Assembly: GCF_006345805.1 (NCBI RefSeq)
Contig: NC_043003.1
Coordinates: 40,300,001 to 40,364,000, forward strand
Direction of reading: 5' to 3'
Origin: Octopus sinensis
Taxonomy: Eukaryota
DNA length: 64,000 nucleotides
Position 1 is the first letter of the stretch. Every line of letters begins with the position of its first letter. The translations under genes and the position numbers were made by a program. The notes below the pieces were generated by a model. That model had not been told where the DNA came from. It did no database searches and saw nothing but the letters and a program-made list of their open reading frames with translations. This document shows positions 41,056-53,086 of the stretch, piece by piece.

Positions 41056-42102
41056 GGAACAAAAAAAATAATATTAGATAATGAACTTTAAGACATACTC
41101 CATAAAACGGTTGAATGGTCACAACTAGAATGTCTTTGTTCATAGATGATAGATTATAGATAACGCATGATCAGGGTTGACCTGGGGTCAAACAATAACA
41201 CCAACAACATCCACCAAAAATGCAAATCTTTCTCTGTTTCTATGTCCCTGTCTTGACAAACTCTTCTATACGTATACCGCGATATGTAACTCTCTCAGTT
41301 CATCCGCTTCTCCACCCATGTCTCTCTCTCTCTCACATGGTTCTCTGTCACTGCCTCTGTGTCTGTCTATTTGTCAGTCCATCTTTCTGTTTCTCTCTTT
41401 CTCTCACTCGCTCTCTTACTACTACTACTACTACTACTACTCCTCTCTCTATCACTTTGGTCTTCTTAAATATGTAGTCCTTCCTTCCAATAAATATGGC
41501 TCTTTTTTGTCTTCGTGGCTAATATACTTATTATTGTCCATTATGGATTCTATTTTTCTATCATATGCAGACGATCGTTTAGAAATCTTGTTCACATCAG
41601 TATATAATGTGGTGTTTAATGTTCGCATTTAAATAATTAAGTTCTAAGAGAGTATTTGCAGATTTCAAGATATATATATATATAATATATATGTATGTAT
41701 GCATATTATATATATATGTATATATGTAAATGTACACGTGTATGCGTGCGCGCGCGGGCGTGTGTGATAGAAACAAACACATATACCAACATATATGCAC
41801 ATATATACTTACCAGCATACATACACCCATCAAATATATATTTATATAGATCACTTTTTCACAAATATTTTCTGGTGATTAAACACGCAAGTCATTGGAA
41901 AGAGAGAAAGTATTATTTATGCTGTTATGCATATATATATATATGTATATATATCTACAAACATAGATAGATATAGATACATTTGTGTATATATATATGT
42001 ATGTATATATACACACATATGTATATGTACGTATATATGTAGGCTTATGCATAGATATACATATATAGTTATACATATGTTGTGCATACATACAAGCATG
42101 CA

Positions 42103-42166
<64 letters not shown>

Positions 42167-42333
42167 ATGTATATATATATATATACGCATATGTACGTAA
42201 ATATATGCTTAGACACACATATACATACGAGCGTTGTAACGAAAGTTATACAAAAGTGGCAATTGCTTTTATATTAACTGACATAGACCGTCGTTCAAAT
42301 TGCATATTTGTTAGAGTAACTCTTCATCTAAAG

Positions 42334-42627
42334 CAGTGGTTCCCAAACTTTTTCGGGCTACCACCCCCTTGACACCCAGGCCACATTCCTAGCGCCCTAC
42401 TCGAACTAACCATCACAAACATAGACGTCTTCTGAAGCATATTCAAAGCAACTGTATTTCACAAATAAAACCCATTATTTTGTTGTTTTTTCATGAATAT
42501 CTACCCCATTACCGCCCCGCTTTTTACATGAATCTCTACCCCATTATCACCTCACTTTTCTTTAATGCCGTCTTGGAACTTACCATTGCCCGCAGAGGGG
42601 CAATACCGCCTACTTTGGTAACCACCG
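42334..42627. mobile_element. hAT (Charlie-like) MITE
   Basis: cagtggttcccaaact ... actttggtaaccaccg termini; degenerate 8-bp TSD atctaaag / atctctag. Confidence 0.8.
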
Positions 42628-42699
42628 ATCTCTAGTAACATTAATTTCTGTTCTTCGTTGCAGGAAAATAATGGGTTCTAAACACTGAGTTCTTGACGA

Positions 42700-42985
42700 A
42701 AGAAGAGTGTGGGCTGTTTACTAAGACAGCACAATTGACAAGAGCGATGGACACAGATGAGTGAAATTTAATGGAGGTGAAGCTAATATTGAAGGCAAAC
42801 CGCACAGTGGGAAAACGCCAACTGCAACCACTGACATGAATCAGTAACTAGTGGATAAACTGATTCCTCAAGACACACGATTCCATATTCATGGATTTGC
42901 TGCACAGCAGAACTGTGGTCACAATGCCTTGCGGAAGGCTTTGTGTATAGAAAATTGTTGTGCTAAGTGGGAACTATGGCAACTG
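42700..42985 (+). mobile_element. Decayed mariner transposase N-terminal remnant
   Basis: GGEANIEGKPHSG..PTATTDMNQ*LVDKLIPQDTR resembles LEDEPRSGRP.TA....VD.LI..DRR; later YRK.CAKW. Confidence 0.55.
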
Positions 42986-43120
42986 AAATCCGATTTAGAT
43001 GAGAGAATGATGGAAGCCTGGTGTGATCTGCTGTAAACTTCTAAAACCAAAGAAGCTTTTAAAGTCAATTCTTTTTTGAAACGATGGATCTCGAAGCAGA
43101 TAATGGTACAAGTAATGGTT

Positions 43121-43915
43121 TCAAATTTTGGCACAAGGCCAGCAGTTTCGGGGGAATGGAGTGAGTCGATTACAGCGAACCCCAGTGCTCAACTGGTATT
43201 TAATTAACTGACCACAAAAGGATGAAAGGCAAAGTTAACCTCGGCGGAATTTGAACTCAGAACGTAAAGACGAACGAAATGTCGCTAAGCATTTTGCCCG
43301 GATTGCTAACGATTCTGCCAGCTCGCCGCCTTGGATAAATTTATAAATAATAGCGAGCGCGCATGTTTATATGTAATGTGTGTGTGTGTGTGTGCGTATC
43401 TGTGTGCAACGTTTGACTTTTCCTATCCAAAGTATTTTTAAACCCAATGTTTACATATAGTTTCGCCTTAAAGCGGCGAGCTGGCAGAATCGTTAGCACG
43501 CCTGGCGAAATGCATAACGGCATTTCGTCCGTCTTTACGTTCTGAGTTCAAATTCCGCCGAGCTCGACTTTGTCTTTCGTCCTTCAGGAGTGAAACTCTG
43601 AGGTCGATGTAATTGACTTGTCCCCTATCACCAAATTTCAGCCCTTGTGCTTTTAGTAGAAAGGACTATTCATAGTTTCGTCTTAAAGCGGCGAGCAGGC
43701 AGAATCGTTAGCACGTCAGGTGAAATATTTAGATGCATTTCGTCCGTCTTTAGAGGCATTTCGTACGTTCTGAGTTCAAATTCCGTCGAGGTCGGCTTTG
43801 CCTTTCATCGTTTCGGGCTCGATAAAATAAGTGCCAGTTAAGTACTGGGGTCGATGTAATCGACTTCCCTCTCCCCCGAAATTGCTGGCCTTATGCCAAA
43901 ATTTGAAATCATTAT
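43121..43915. mobile_element. Three SINE family B copies: 43121-43333 (-), 43447-43640 (+), 43683-43915 (+)
   Basis: Head-to-head pair about 115 bp apart, followed by a further + copy. Confidence 0.88.
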
Positions 43916-44205
43916 TTATAGTTTGGTCCACTTCCAGATCCACCATTCCTCAAAAATAATTTATTTTTCGATTTAATAGATTGGGAAAACTAGTATTTAC
44001 TTTAATAAAAAAAACAAAAAAACAGTCATTGTTTAGTGCAGGTGTAAAAAAAACGGTGATCAACCATATTTCGTCTATACTGTATATTTACAGCTATGAA
44101 TTCTTTAAATATTCTCATTTTCGTTGTTATCTACAGATCTTTATGGATTTTAATTAGTCATAGATCTTAATTAGATTTTAATTAATGTCTCACGTGACTG
44201 GGCTG

Positions 44206-44306
44206 ACAGCTTAAAGTCCAGAAGCGACGTTAATTAAGTACATATATGTACTTATGTATATACACATATGTATATACACATGCACGCACATGTATATGCG
44301 TGTATA

Positions 44307-44344
<38 letters not shown>

Positions 44345-44513
44345 GTGTGTGCGTATATATATATATATATTATATATACGCACACACACGGATATATATA
44401 TATATATATATATATACACGCATATACATGTGCGTGCATGTGTATATACATATGTGTATATACATAAGTACATATATGTACTTAATTAACGTCGCTTCTG
44501 GACTTTAAGCTGT
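44206..44513. repeat. ~308-bp palindrome centred on a (TA)n tract
   Basis: acagcttaaagtccagaagcgacgttaattaagtacat... is mirrored by ...atgtacttaattaacgtcgcttctggactttaagctgt; arms differ only within the (TA)n tracts. Confidence 0.95.
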
Positions 44514-45691
44514 TTTATCTCAGTAGATGACCACAGCATCTTGTTTTGGCTACACGCGGGTGGGAAGGGGCTGGTGACACAATCTTTTCATTCACGCATT
44601 GAATTTAGTGATACTAGTTGCGGATTCTAGCTCGCTCTGATTACTGAGTTGAGTTGGTGCTTCTAGTATCTCCAAATTCAATATATAATCATTTATGATT
44701 ATAGTATTCTACGCTGAAGAGAAAAGAAGTTTTGGTAAGATAGAATTATTAATATTTAATTCTTATCCTTTCCTAAAAACTTGATTTCGAAACGTACGTC
44801 CGTAGATAACTTAAAATTGTATGATAGATTGCCGTCAATTCATTCTCTCTTACCTGTTTGTTGTCTGCCTTCCAATTGCTGTTTTTACTGAGATCTCCCT
44901 TTTTAGTAGAAGAAATAGCTATAACTCTTTGACTGCTATTTCTAAATTCGGTATATGGTAAGGCAATTCGTTGCTAAACCCTTTATTGCTTAGTATTACT
45001 TAAATTCTCCTCGAATGAGGCTTTTACATGCCGAAGACTACTTGGTGTAATTGATAATTATTCCAAATTAATTAATTTCACCCTTCATTATTACGGATAA
45101 CCATATTTTATCTCAGTAGATGACCACAGCATCTTGTTTTGGCTACACGCGGGTGGGAAGGGGCTGGTGACACAATCTTTTCATTCACGCATTGAATTTA
45201 GTGATACTAGTTGCGGATTCTAGCTCGCTCTGATACTGAGTTGAGTTGGTGCCTTCTAGTATCTCAAAATTCAATATTAATCATTTATGATTATAGTATT
45301 CTACGCTGAAGAGAAAAGAGTTTTGGTAAGATAGAATTATTTAATATTTAATTCTTATCCTTTCCTAAAAACTTGATTTCGAAACGTACGTCCGTAGATA
45401 ACTTAAAATTGTATGATAGATTGCCGTCAATTCATTCTCTCTTACCTGTTTGTTGTCTGCCTTCCAATTGCTTGTTTTTACTGAGATCTCCCTTTTTAGT
45501 AGAAGAAATAGCTATAACTCTTTGACTGCTATTTCTAAATTCGGTATATGGTAAGGCAATTCGTTGCTAAACCCTTTATTGCTTAGTATTACTTAAATTC
45601 TCCTCGAATGAGGCTTTTACATGCCGAAGACTACTTGGTGTAAATGATAATTATTCAAAATTAATTAATTCACCCTTCATTATTACGGATA
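44513..45691. repeat. Direct tandem duplication, 593-bp period
   Basis: ttttatctcagtagatgaccacagc starts at 44513 and 45106; both copies end cacccttcattattacggata. Confidence 0.95.
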
Positions 45692-45702
45692 TATATATAT
45701 AT

Positions 45703-45769
<67 letters not shown>

Positions 45770-46339
45770 TACATATATATATGTATGTGTGTGTGTGTGC
45801 GGGCTGTGTGTGTATGTATGTATGGTGTGTTGTGTCTGTGTGTTAGCACGCGTGTCTAGTGCTGCACTTTGTTTAAATAATGTAATATAAGCGAAAATGA
45901 AAATGCAACCAACACCCATCTATATCGCCTTCAAATTTTGACTTAAGGCCAACAATTTCGGAGGAGGGGATTAGTCGATTAGTGTTCAACTGTCGACTAA
46001 TGTTTCAACTGATATTTAATTAATCGACCCCGAGAGGGATGAAAGACAAGGCTAACCCCGGCAGAATTGGAAATAAGGACGTAAAGACGGACGGAATGCC
46101 GCTGAGCATTTTGCCCGAAGTACTAACGATTCTGCAAGCACACCGCCTTAAAGTTGGAACAAATTTTGCGAAATAAATTGTCCGACGCTGTAACAACCCT
46201 TAAGGTGTTTCCAACGCCGTTGTTGTTCTTTTGCGGACTATTTCATTTTTGTAGTCTGGTTTACAAAGCTTAATTTTGTTAGTGAAGCTTTTGACATTAA
46301 GTTTTGTGTGCTGAGCCTGAGACGTAGAGAAGGGAAATA

Positions 46340-46905
46340 ATCTTTTGTACTCTAGGCACAAAGCCCGAAAATTTGGGGGATGAAGCCAGTGGATTATATC
46401 GACCCTAGTGCGTAACTGGTACTTATTTAATCGACCCCTAAAGGATGAAAGGCAAAGTCGACCTCGGCTGAATTTGAACTCAGAATGTAAAGACAGACGA
46501 AATACCTATTTCTTTACTACCCACAAGGGGCTAAACACAGAGAGGACAAAGAAGGACAAACAAACGGATTAAGTCGATTACATCGACCTCAGTGCGTAAC
46601 TGGTACTTAATTTATCGATCCCGAAATGATGAAAAGTAAAGTCGACCTCGGCGGAATTTGAACTCAGAACTTAGCGGTAGACGAAATACCTATTTCTTTA
46701 CTACCCACAAGGGGCTAAACACAGAGGGGACCAAACGAGGACAGATTATATCGACCCCAGTGCGTAACTGATACTTATTTAATCGACCCCGAAAGGATGA
46801 AAAAGCAAAGTCGACCTCGGCGGAATTTGAACTCAGAACGTAGCTACAGACGAAATACTGCTGAGCATTTCGCCCGGCGTGCTAACGTTTCTGCCAACTC
46901 GTCGT
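46340..46905 (-). mobile_element. SINE family B trimer
   Basis: Three cores; junction gacgaaatacctatttctttactacccacaagggg at ~46497 and ~46681. Confidence 0.92.
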
Positions 46906-47277
46906 CTTTGAGAAGGGAAATACTGACTCTTTCCTGTTTAGTATTATTGGTAGCATTGCCAAAGCAGCGAGCTGGCAGAATTATTAGCACGCCGAACAAA
47001 ATGCTTAGTGGTATTAAATCCGTCTTCATGTTCTGAGCTTAGATTCCTCGTTTCGGAGTTGATGAAATAAATACCAGATCACTGGATCGCTGTAATTGAT
47101 TAGCCCCCTCCCTCCCTCCAAATTTCAAGTCTCCAAAATTCAAGAAAGAATTATTGATAGCATTGTTAATAGTGTAGGAAGGCATGTAGACGATAGTATA
47201 GGTGATGACGTACGTGGTGGTACAGTTGACTAATAGTGCAGGCCATGGAAGAAGTAGTTGTTTGGAGAGATGATAAT

Positions 47278-47643
47278 ATTTTTACTCTTTTACTTGTTGC
47301 AGTCATGTGACTGTGGCCATGCTGGAGCACCACCTTTAGTTGAGCAAATCGACCCCAGGACTTATTCTTTGTAAGCCTAGTTACGGGGACGTAAACACAC
47401 CAGCATCGGTTGTCAAGCGATGTTGGGGGGACAAACACAGACACACAAACATACACACACACACACATATATATACATACATATACGACGGGCTTCTTTC
47501 AGTTTCCGTCTACCAAATCCACTTACAAGGCTTTGGTCGGCCCGAAGCTATAGTAGTTGGCCATGGTGCCACGCAGGGGGACTGAACCCGGAACCATGTG
47601 GTTGGTAAGCAAGCTACTTACTACACAGCCACTCCTACGCCTA
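47278..47643 (-). mobile_element. SINE family A with internal deletions
   Basis: Colinear with 19299-19717. Confidence 0.88.
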
Positions 47644-47699
47644 AATGTTCATTGCGTACGTAATAGTGTAAGTCAGGGATGAGCAAACGGCAGCCCGTG

Positions 47700-49100
47700 G
47701 GATCTCTGAGAATGACTACCTTGAATAATTGTGTTTTTGTAGTGTGACCCGCTTGATGATGAGTCATACCTCGTGCGCCCCGCTTCTCGACAAACTATGC
47801 GCTTGCCTGATACAGGTGATGGTGAAAGTGACGATGTATGCGTTGGTGTGGTGTAGTTGCAGGTAGAAGTAGTGGGTGTACGTGTTGATGAAGATAGAGG
47901 TGTAGATGGTATGTAAGTGGATGTATAGTTGGTAGTAGGAGTGCAGGTGATAGAGTGGCGTAGATGATTTCGCATGTGGTGGTTTAGCGCTGATGTAAAT
48001 AATGACATTATTGATAGTGTAGGCGGTATAGGTGTTGTAGGCAGTATTAGGCGATGAAGGCGGTATAGACGGTGTAGGCGGTGGTATGGATGCCCTGGCT
48101 GTTAACAGAGTGTTTGAGATGGTGTAGTGGTGGTCTAGGTAATGATGTGGATGGTGTCGGAGACGGCTTTCTTTTTGGTGACGGTGGTAGCTGAGAGTGT
48201 GATATAAGTGTTGATTAAGTGCGATTGGAAGTGGTGTAGGTGATGGTGTAGTTCGTAGATTAGGCGGTAGTGCCAGTGGTGATATAGATGATGGTACATA
48301 CGATGTAGCTGATGGCATAGCTGTGGTTGTAAGAGGGGGTGTGGTAATGGTATAGTTTATAGTAAAGGGCGGGGTGGGGGCGTATGGTGGTGGTGTAAGT
48401 GATGGTATAGTGGTATGGTGGTGATACTGGTTGTGTAGGCAGTGATAAGCCTGACTTAACTGCTGATGGTGATGATGGTGATTGAGGTGGTGATGGTGGT
48501 GGTAGTCTCATGCTAACGAGTTTTGTCAACAACAAAATGGTTGGTGGGAGGCTGCTAGAACTGGTGTTAATAACCATGTTGTTGTTGTTGTTGTGGTGGT
48601 GGTGGTGGTGATGGTGATGTTGCTAATGGTGAAGGTGGTAGTGGTGGTGAGGGTGATAGCGATGTTGTTAATGGTGGCGGTGGTGATAGTGATGTTGGTA
48701 ATAGTGGTAGTGGTAATGATGATAGTGATAGTAATGGTGGTGGTGGTGATGTTGTTGCTGTTGGTGGTGTTGGTGATGGTGTTGGTGGTGGTGATGGTGG
48801 TGATGTTGGTAATGGCGAAGGTGGTAGTGGTGGTGATGGTGATAGTGACGTTGGTAATGGTGGCGGTGTTGATAGTGATGTTGGTAATGGTGGTAGTGGT
48901 AATGATGATAGTGATAGTAATGGTGGTGGTGATGATGATGATGATGGCGATGTAGGTAACGGTGGTGGTGGTGATGGTGTTGGTAATGGTGGTGGTGGTG
49001 GTGGTGGATTTAATGATGATCTTGGTGCTGCGGACGCTAGCGCTCGTTGTGACGGAGTGATGGTAGTAATGGTGATGGTGGTGGTGGTGGTGGTGATGGT
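47700..49100. repeat. Degenerate G/T-rich (GGT/GAT) low-complexity field with ~170-bp internal duplication near 48610-48950
   Basis: Direct reading. Confidence 0.8.
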
Positions 49101-49142
49101 GGAATAAATATTATACGGTGAAGACAGACAGACAGATGTTAC

Positions 49143-49244
49143 TTGACTGTGTAAATCGGTTTGAGAAACAACCGGAAGTTGTTAACAAACGGCAGATCTC
49201 GTTCATTATCAATTGAAATAGAATCTGTAAATCCTCCTCCATTG
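49143..49244 (-). CDS. Candidate internal coding exon (102 nt, phase 2-2); peptide NGGGFTDSISIDNERDLPFVNNFRLFLKPIYTV, possibly GH16 beta-1,3-glucanase/glucan-binding-like
   Basis: Acceptor ccccctcctttcctctacttctccag|, donor caa|gtaaca with in-frame stop just past it, length divisible by 3, open frame, unique sequence. Spacing GGG-x8-N-x-R-x3-[YF]V-x4-LF[IL]KP-x2-T matches my recollection of invertebrate GH16 (GGGNWEFQYYTNNRxNSYVRDGKLFIKPTLT). Exon status is more secure than the product call. Confidence 0.55.
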
Positions 49245-49420
49245 CTGGAGAAGTAGAGGAAAGGAGGGGGTTGTGTGGGAGACAAACAATGCAAGAGTGT
49301 TGGAAGACAGTGTTAATTGATGAAGAGAATAGGGAGAAAGAGAGGGAGGGAAAAGGAGGTGGTAGCTTCTTGGGGAAAAAAGAGATAAAGTATGGCAGAA
49401 ATAGTAATGAAGGCATTTAC

Positions 49421-49479
<59 letters not shown>

Positions 49480-49755
49480 CTTTTAGTCTTTTTACTTTGC
49501 GGCCATGATGGAGCGCCGCCTTAAAGGGTGTTTTAGTCGAAGAAATCGCCCCCAGTACATATTCTTTGTAAGCCTAGAACTTATTCTATCGGTTTCTATT
49601 GCCGAACCGCTATGCTACGGGGACATAAACACACCAACATAATTCGCAAGCGATGGTGGGGGGGGGACAATCACAAACGCAAAGACACATACACATAAAT
49701 ATATGTACACACACACATATATACACACATGTGTGTATATATCTATCTATCTATC

Positions 49756-49787
<32 letters not shown>

Positions 49788-49997
49788 TGTATGTATGTAT
49801 GTATGTATGTATGTATGTATGTATGTATGTATGTATGTATACAACGGGCTTTTTTCAGTTTCCGTTAATCAACTTCACACACAAGACTTTGGTCGGCTCG
49901 AGGCTATAGTAGAAGACACTTGCCCAAGGTATCACACAATGGGACTGAACTCGGAACTATGTGGTTGGCAAGCAAGCTCCTTACCACACAGCCATGC
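49480..49997 (-). mobile_element. SINE family A with internal (TATG)n expansion
   Basis: Family A flanks around 49700-49840 microsatellite. Confidence 0.85.
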
Positions 49998-50179
49998 TCG
50001 CGTCATAATGCGTGCACACACACAGACACACACGCGCACGCCCGCACACACACATGCACACACACACACACACATATGTGCTTACATACATGCATGCATA
50101 TATATATATACATTAATAATAATAATAAAATGACAACAAAAGAATGAGACCTCGATATTAGGTAAATAGAGGACTTTAT

Positions 50180-50717
50180 AAATGTATAGTATAGGACAAT
50201 CAGTAAGTTGTCATAATAGGACTCAGAGTTTCAAATGCCGGAGATAAGAGCTACGATGCATTTTCGTCGGCTATTTTGGCAGCAGACGCTATGAAAAAAC
50301 CGTTGAATAAAAGGAAAGTTACTCTAATGGACAAGAAAAATTATAAAAGATAAAAAATAAAATATAAAAATTATAAAAATACATGCAACCATATTCTCAC
50401 AATACATATAAAACCGTCTGCATTCGTAAAGTCTACATATATACACACTCACACAAGGATGTATATATATATATATATATATATGCGCCCATACACACAC
50501 AAAACATATAGGTGCATTTACCTGCCCATATACACATCTCTATACGCACACACGTATATACATATACATGTTATATTAACTCCCCTGTTATTCAACGGAT
50601 TTTCATAGCGTCTCTTGTCAAAATAGCCGACGAAAATGTATCGTATCTCTTAGATCTGACATTTGAAACTCTGAGTCCTATTATGACAACTCACTGATTG
50701 TCCTATACTATATATAT
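50180..50717. repeat. Inverted repeat, ~140-bp arms (50180-50321 / 50576-50717), about 90% identical by eye
   Basis: tatagtataggacaatcagtaagttgtcataataggactcagagtttcaaatg vs catttgaaactctgagtcctattatgacaactcactgattgtcctatactata. Confidence 0.85.
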
Positions 50718-50776
50718 TTATATAAATAAGAGACCAAAGTGTACGTTCGCCGCTATGTTTTTATATATAAAATATA

Positions 50777-50986
50777 CAAAAATGCGACAAAAACGCAAAA
50801 CATCCAGACAGACGATAAAAGAAAACAAGGACGAGTCATTCGGAGTTTTCTTTCCTCAGTCGAGAACCAGCGGAAATTGTAAAGATAATCTGGAACTCGA
50901 CTGAGGAAAGAAAACTCCGAATGACCTGTTCTTGTTTTCTTTCTATCATCCGTCTGGATCTTTTGCGTTCTTCTCCCATTTTTTTG
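50777..50986. mobile_element. Hairpin MITE candidate, ~90-bp TIRs, 31-nt loop, TA flanks
   Basis: tcattcggagttttctttcctcagtcgag / ctcgactgaggaaagaaaactccgaatga is perfect; outer arms imperfect; TA|caaaaa...tttttg|TA. Confidence 0.75.
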
Positions 50987-51326
50987 TATATATATATATA
51001 TTTACATATACATACATACAAACACACACACACACATATGTATATACACACACACACATATATATATACACACACACATATATATATATACACATACACG
51101 CATACATACATATGTATGTATATGTGTGTCTGTGCTTGTCTCCCACCATCACTTGACAACCGATATTGGTGTGTTTACGTCCCGGTAACTTAGCAGTTGG
51201 GCTAAAGAGGACGATAAACGAAGTACTAGGCTTACAAAGGGTAAGTCCTGGTGGGGCACCAGTATGGTCGTAGTCAAATGACTGAAAAATTATAAGGAAT
51301 AAAAGATAAAAATATATACATACATA

Positions 51327-51366
<40 letters not shown>

Positions 51367-51660
51367 TGTATACATAAATGTATATACACATATAAATCCA
51401 TCCATACATACATACATACATACTATATTTTCATTGATATTTACCAGAAGCAACAGAATGACTCAAGGCCCAAGAGTGTTGTAAGTTAGAACTTCACCAA
51501 TCCTGTAAATAATTTATAAACGCACACAATATGTATATATGTATGCATACGTATATGTTATGTATGTTTACACGTATGCATATGTATATAATATAACATA
51601 ATGTAATATAATATAATATGCATACGTATATATGTATGTTATGTGTATATGCATATATAT

Positions 51661-51920
51661 AATTTACAAGATAAGGGCAAAAGAAAAATTCAAATGCCAA
51701 ATATGCCGAAACAAAAAATTATATCTCGCGTGTTTGCCGCTGAAGAGGGGAAAATTTCTTATGAATTAACCCCGAAATTGGACCAATACGGTAATAACGA
51801 ATTTTTTTTGAGATTTCTATCGGTTTGTTTCGAGACGCATAAATTATAATGGTTATCGACAATTTTTTGTTTCGGCATATTTGGCATTAGAATTTTTCTT
51901 TTGCCCTTATCTTGTAAATT
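51661..51920. mobile_element. MITE candidate, 60-bp TIRs (59/60 identical), 140-bp spacer
   Basis: aatttacaagataagggcaaaagaaaaattc...ccgaaacaaaaaatt mirrored at 51861-51920. Confidence 0.8.
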
Positions 51921-52205
51921 ATTTATAAATTTAACCTTTAAAGGTATTTTTCCCGAAAAAAATTTTATCCTACATTAGTCATATATATATATATATGACA
52001 CATTACAATCACACACGCATGTGTGTTTGTACGCGCGTGCGTGCATGTGTATATATGTGTGTGTGCGCGTGTGTGTGTATACACACACGCACACACACAT
52101 ACACACAACCACACATATATATATATATATACATAGAGGGAAAATGCAACATCTATTCTTGAAACAGCTGTAAGAGACTATCAGCACGTCTCCTACCTTC
52201 CTTTT

Positions 52206-52566
52206 TTCGGTTAAGCATTTTGCCCGGCGTATTAATGATTTTACAAGCTAACCTGAAAATATTAACACAGCCACACAAACACACACACATATATACATAT
52301 ATACGATGGGCTTCTTTCAGTTTCCGTCTACCAAATCCACTCACAAGGCTTTGGTCGGCCCGAGGTTATAGTAGAAGATACTTGCCCAAGGTGCCACGCA
52401 GTGGGACTGAACCAGGAACTATGTTGTTGGTAAGCAAGCTACTTACCACACAGCCACTCCTATGCGTATATATATTATATATTAATATATACGTGTGTGT
52501 GTGTATATGTATAGTTATATATTATATACACTATACATATTTATACTGACACAACACACACATTAC

Positions 52567-52618
<52 letters not shown>

Positions 52619-53016
52619 ATATTATATATATGCAAACACACACAACAACAAACATACAGTATGCGTTCCATATGTTCAAATACGAGATAGGAAGAAAACA
52701 TATTTATTGAGATACAGCATATTAAGACAATTTAATAGAGAGAAGAGGCGGAAAGAGGTAACTATGTGTTTGTGGGTTTCGTGCGTTTATATGTTTATGT
52801 ATTTCTGTATATGTAAGCACACACACGCATATCACCACACATGCATATATATATATATATATCTATATATATATTATATATATATATAATATATATATAA
52901 TTACATTCATGCATAAATAGCATTTGTGACGACGAGAGAACAAAGAGAAAAATACCGAAGGGAAGTTTACAGCTAACCTAAAAAGAGTGAGATGTATAAA
53001 CAGAGAGAGAAGATGA

Positions 53017-53086
<70 letters not shown>

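Noticed and set aside
47673-48955. Thr/Pro/Ser/His- or Val/Met-rich ORFs as mucin-like genes
   Set aside because: They derive from a degenerate GGT/GAT field; overlapping frames give equally biased peptides and no splice structure is evident.
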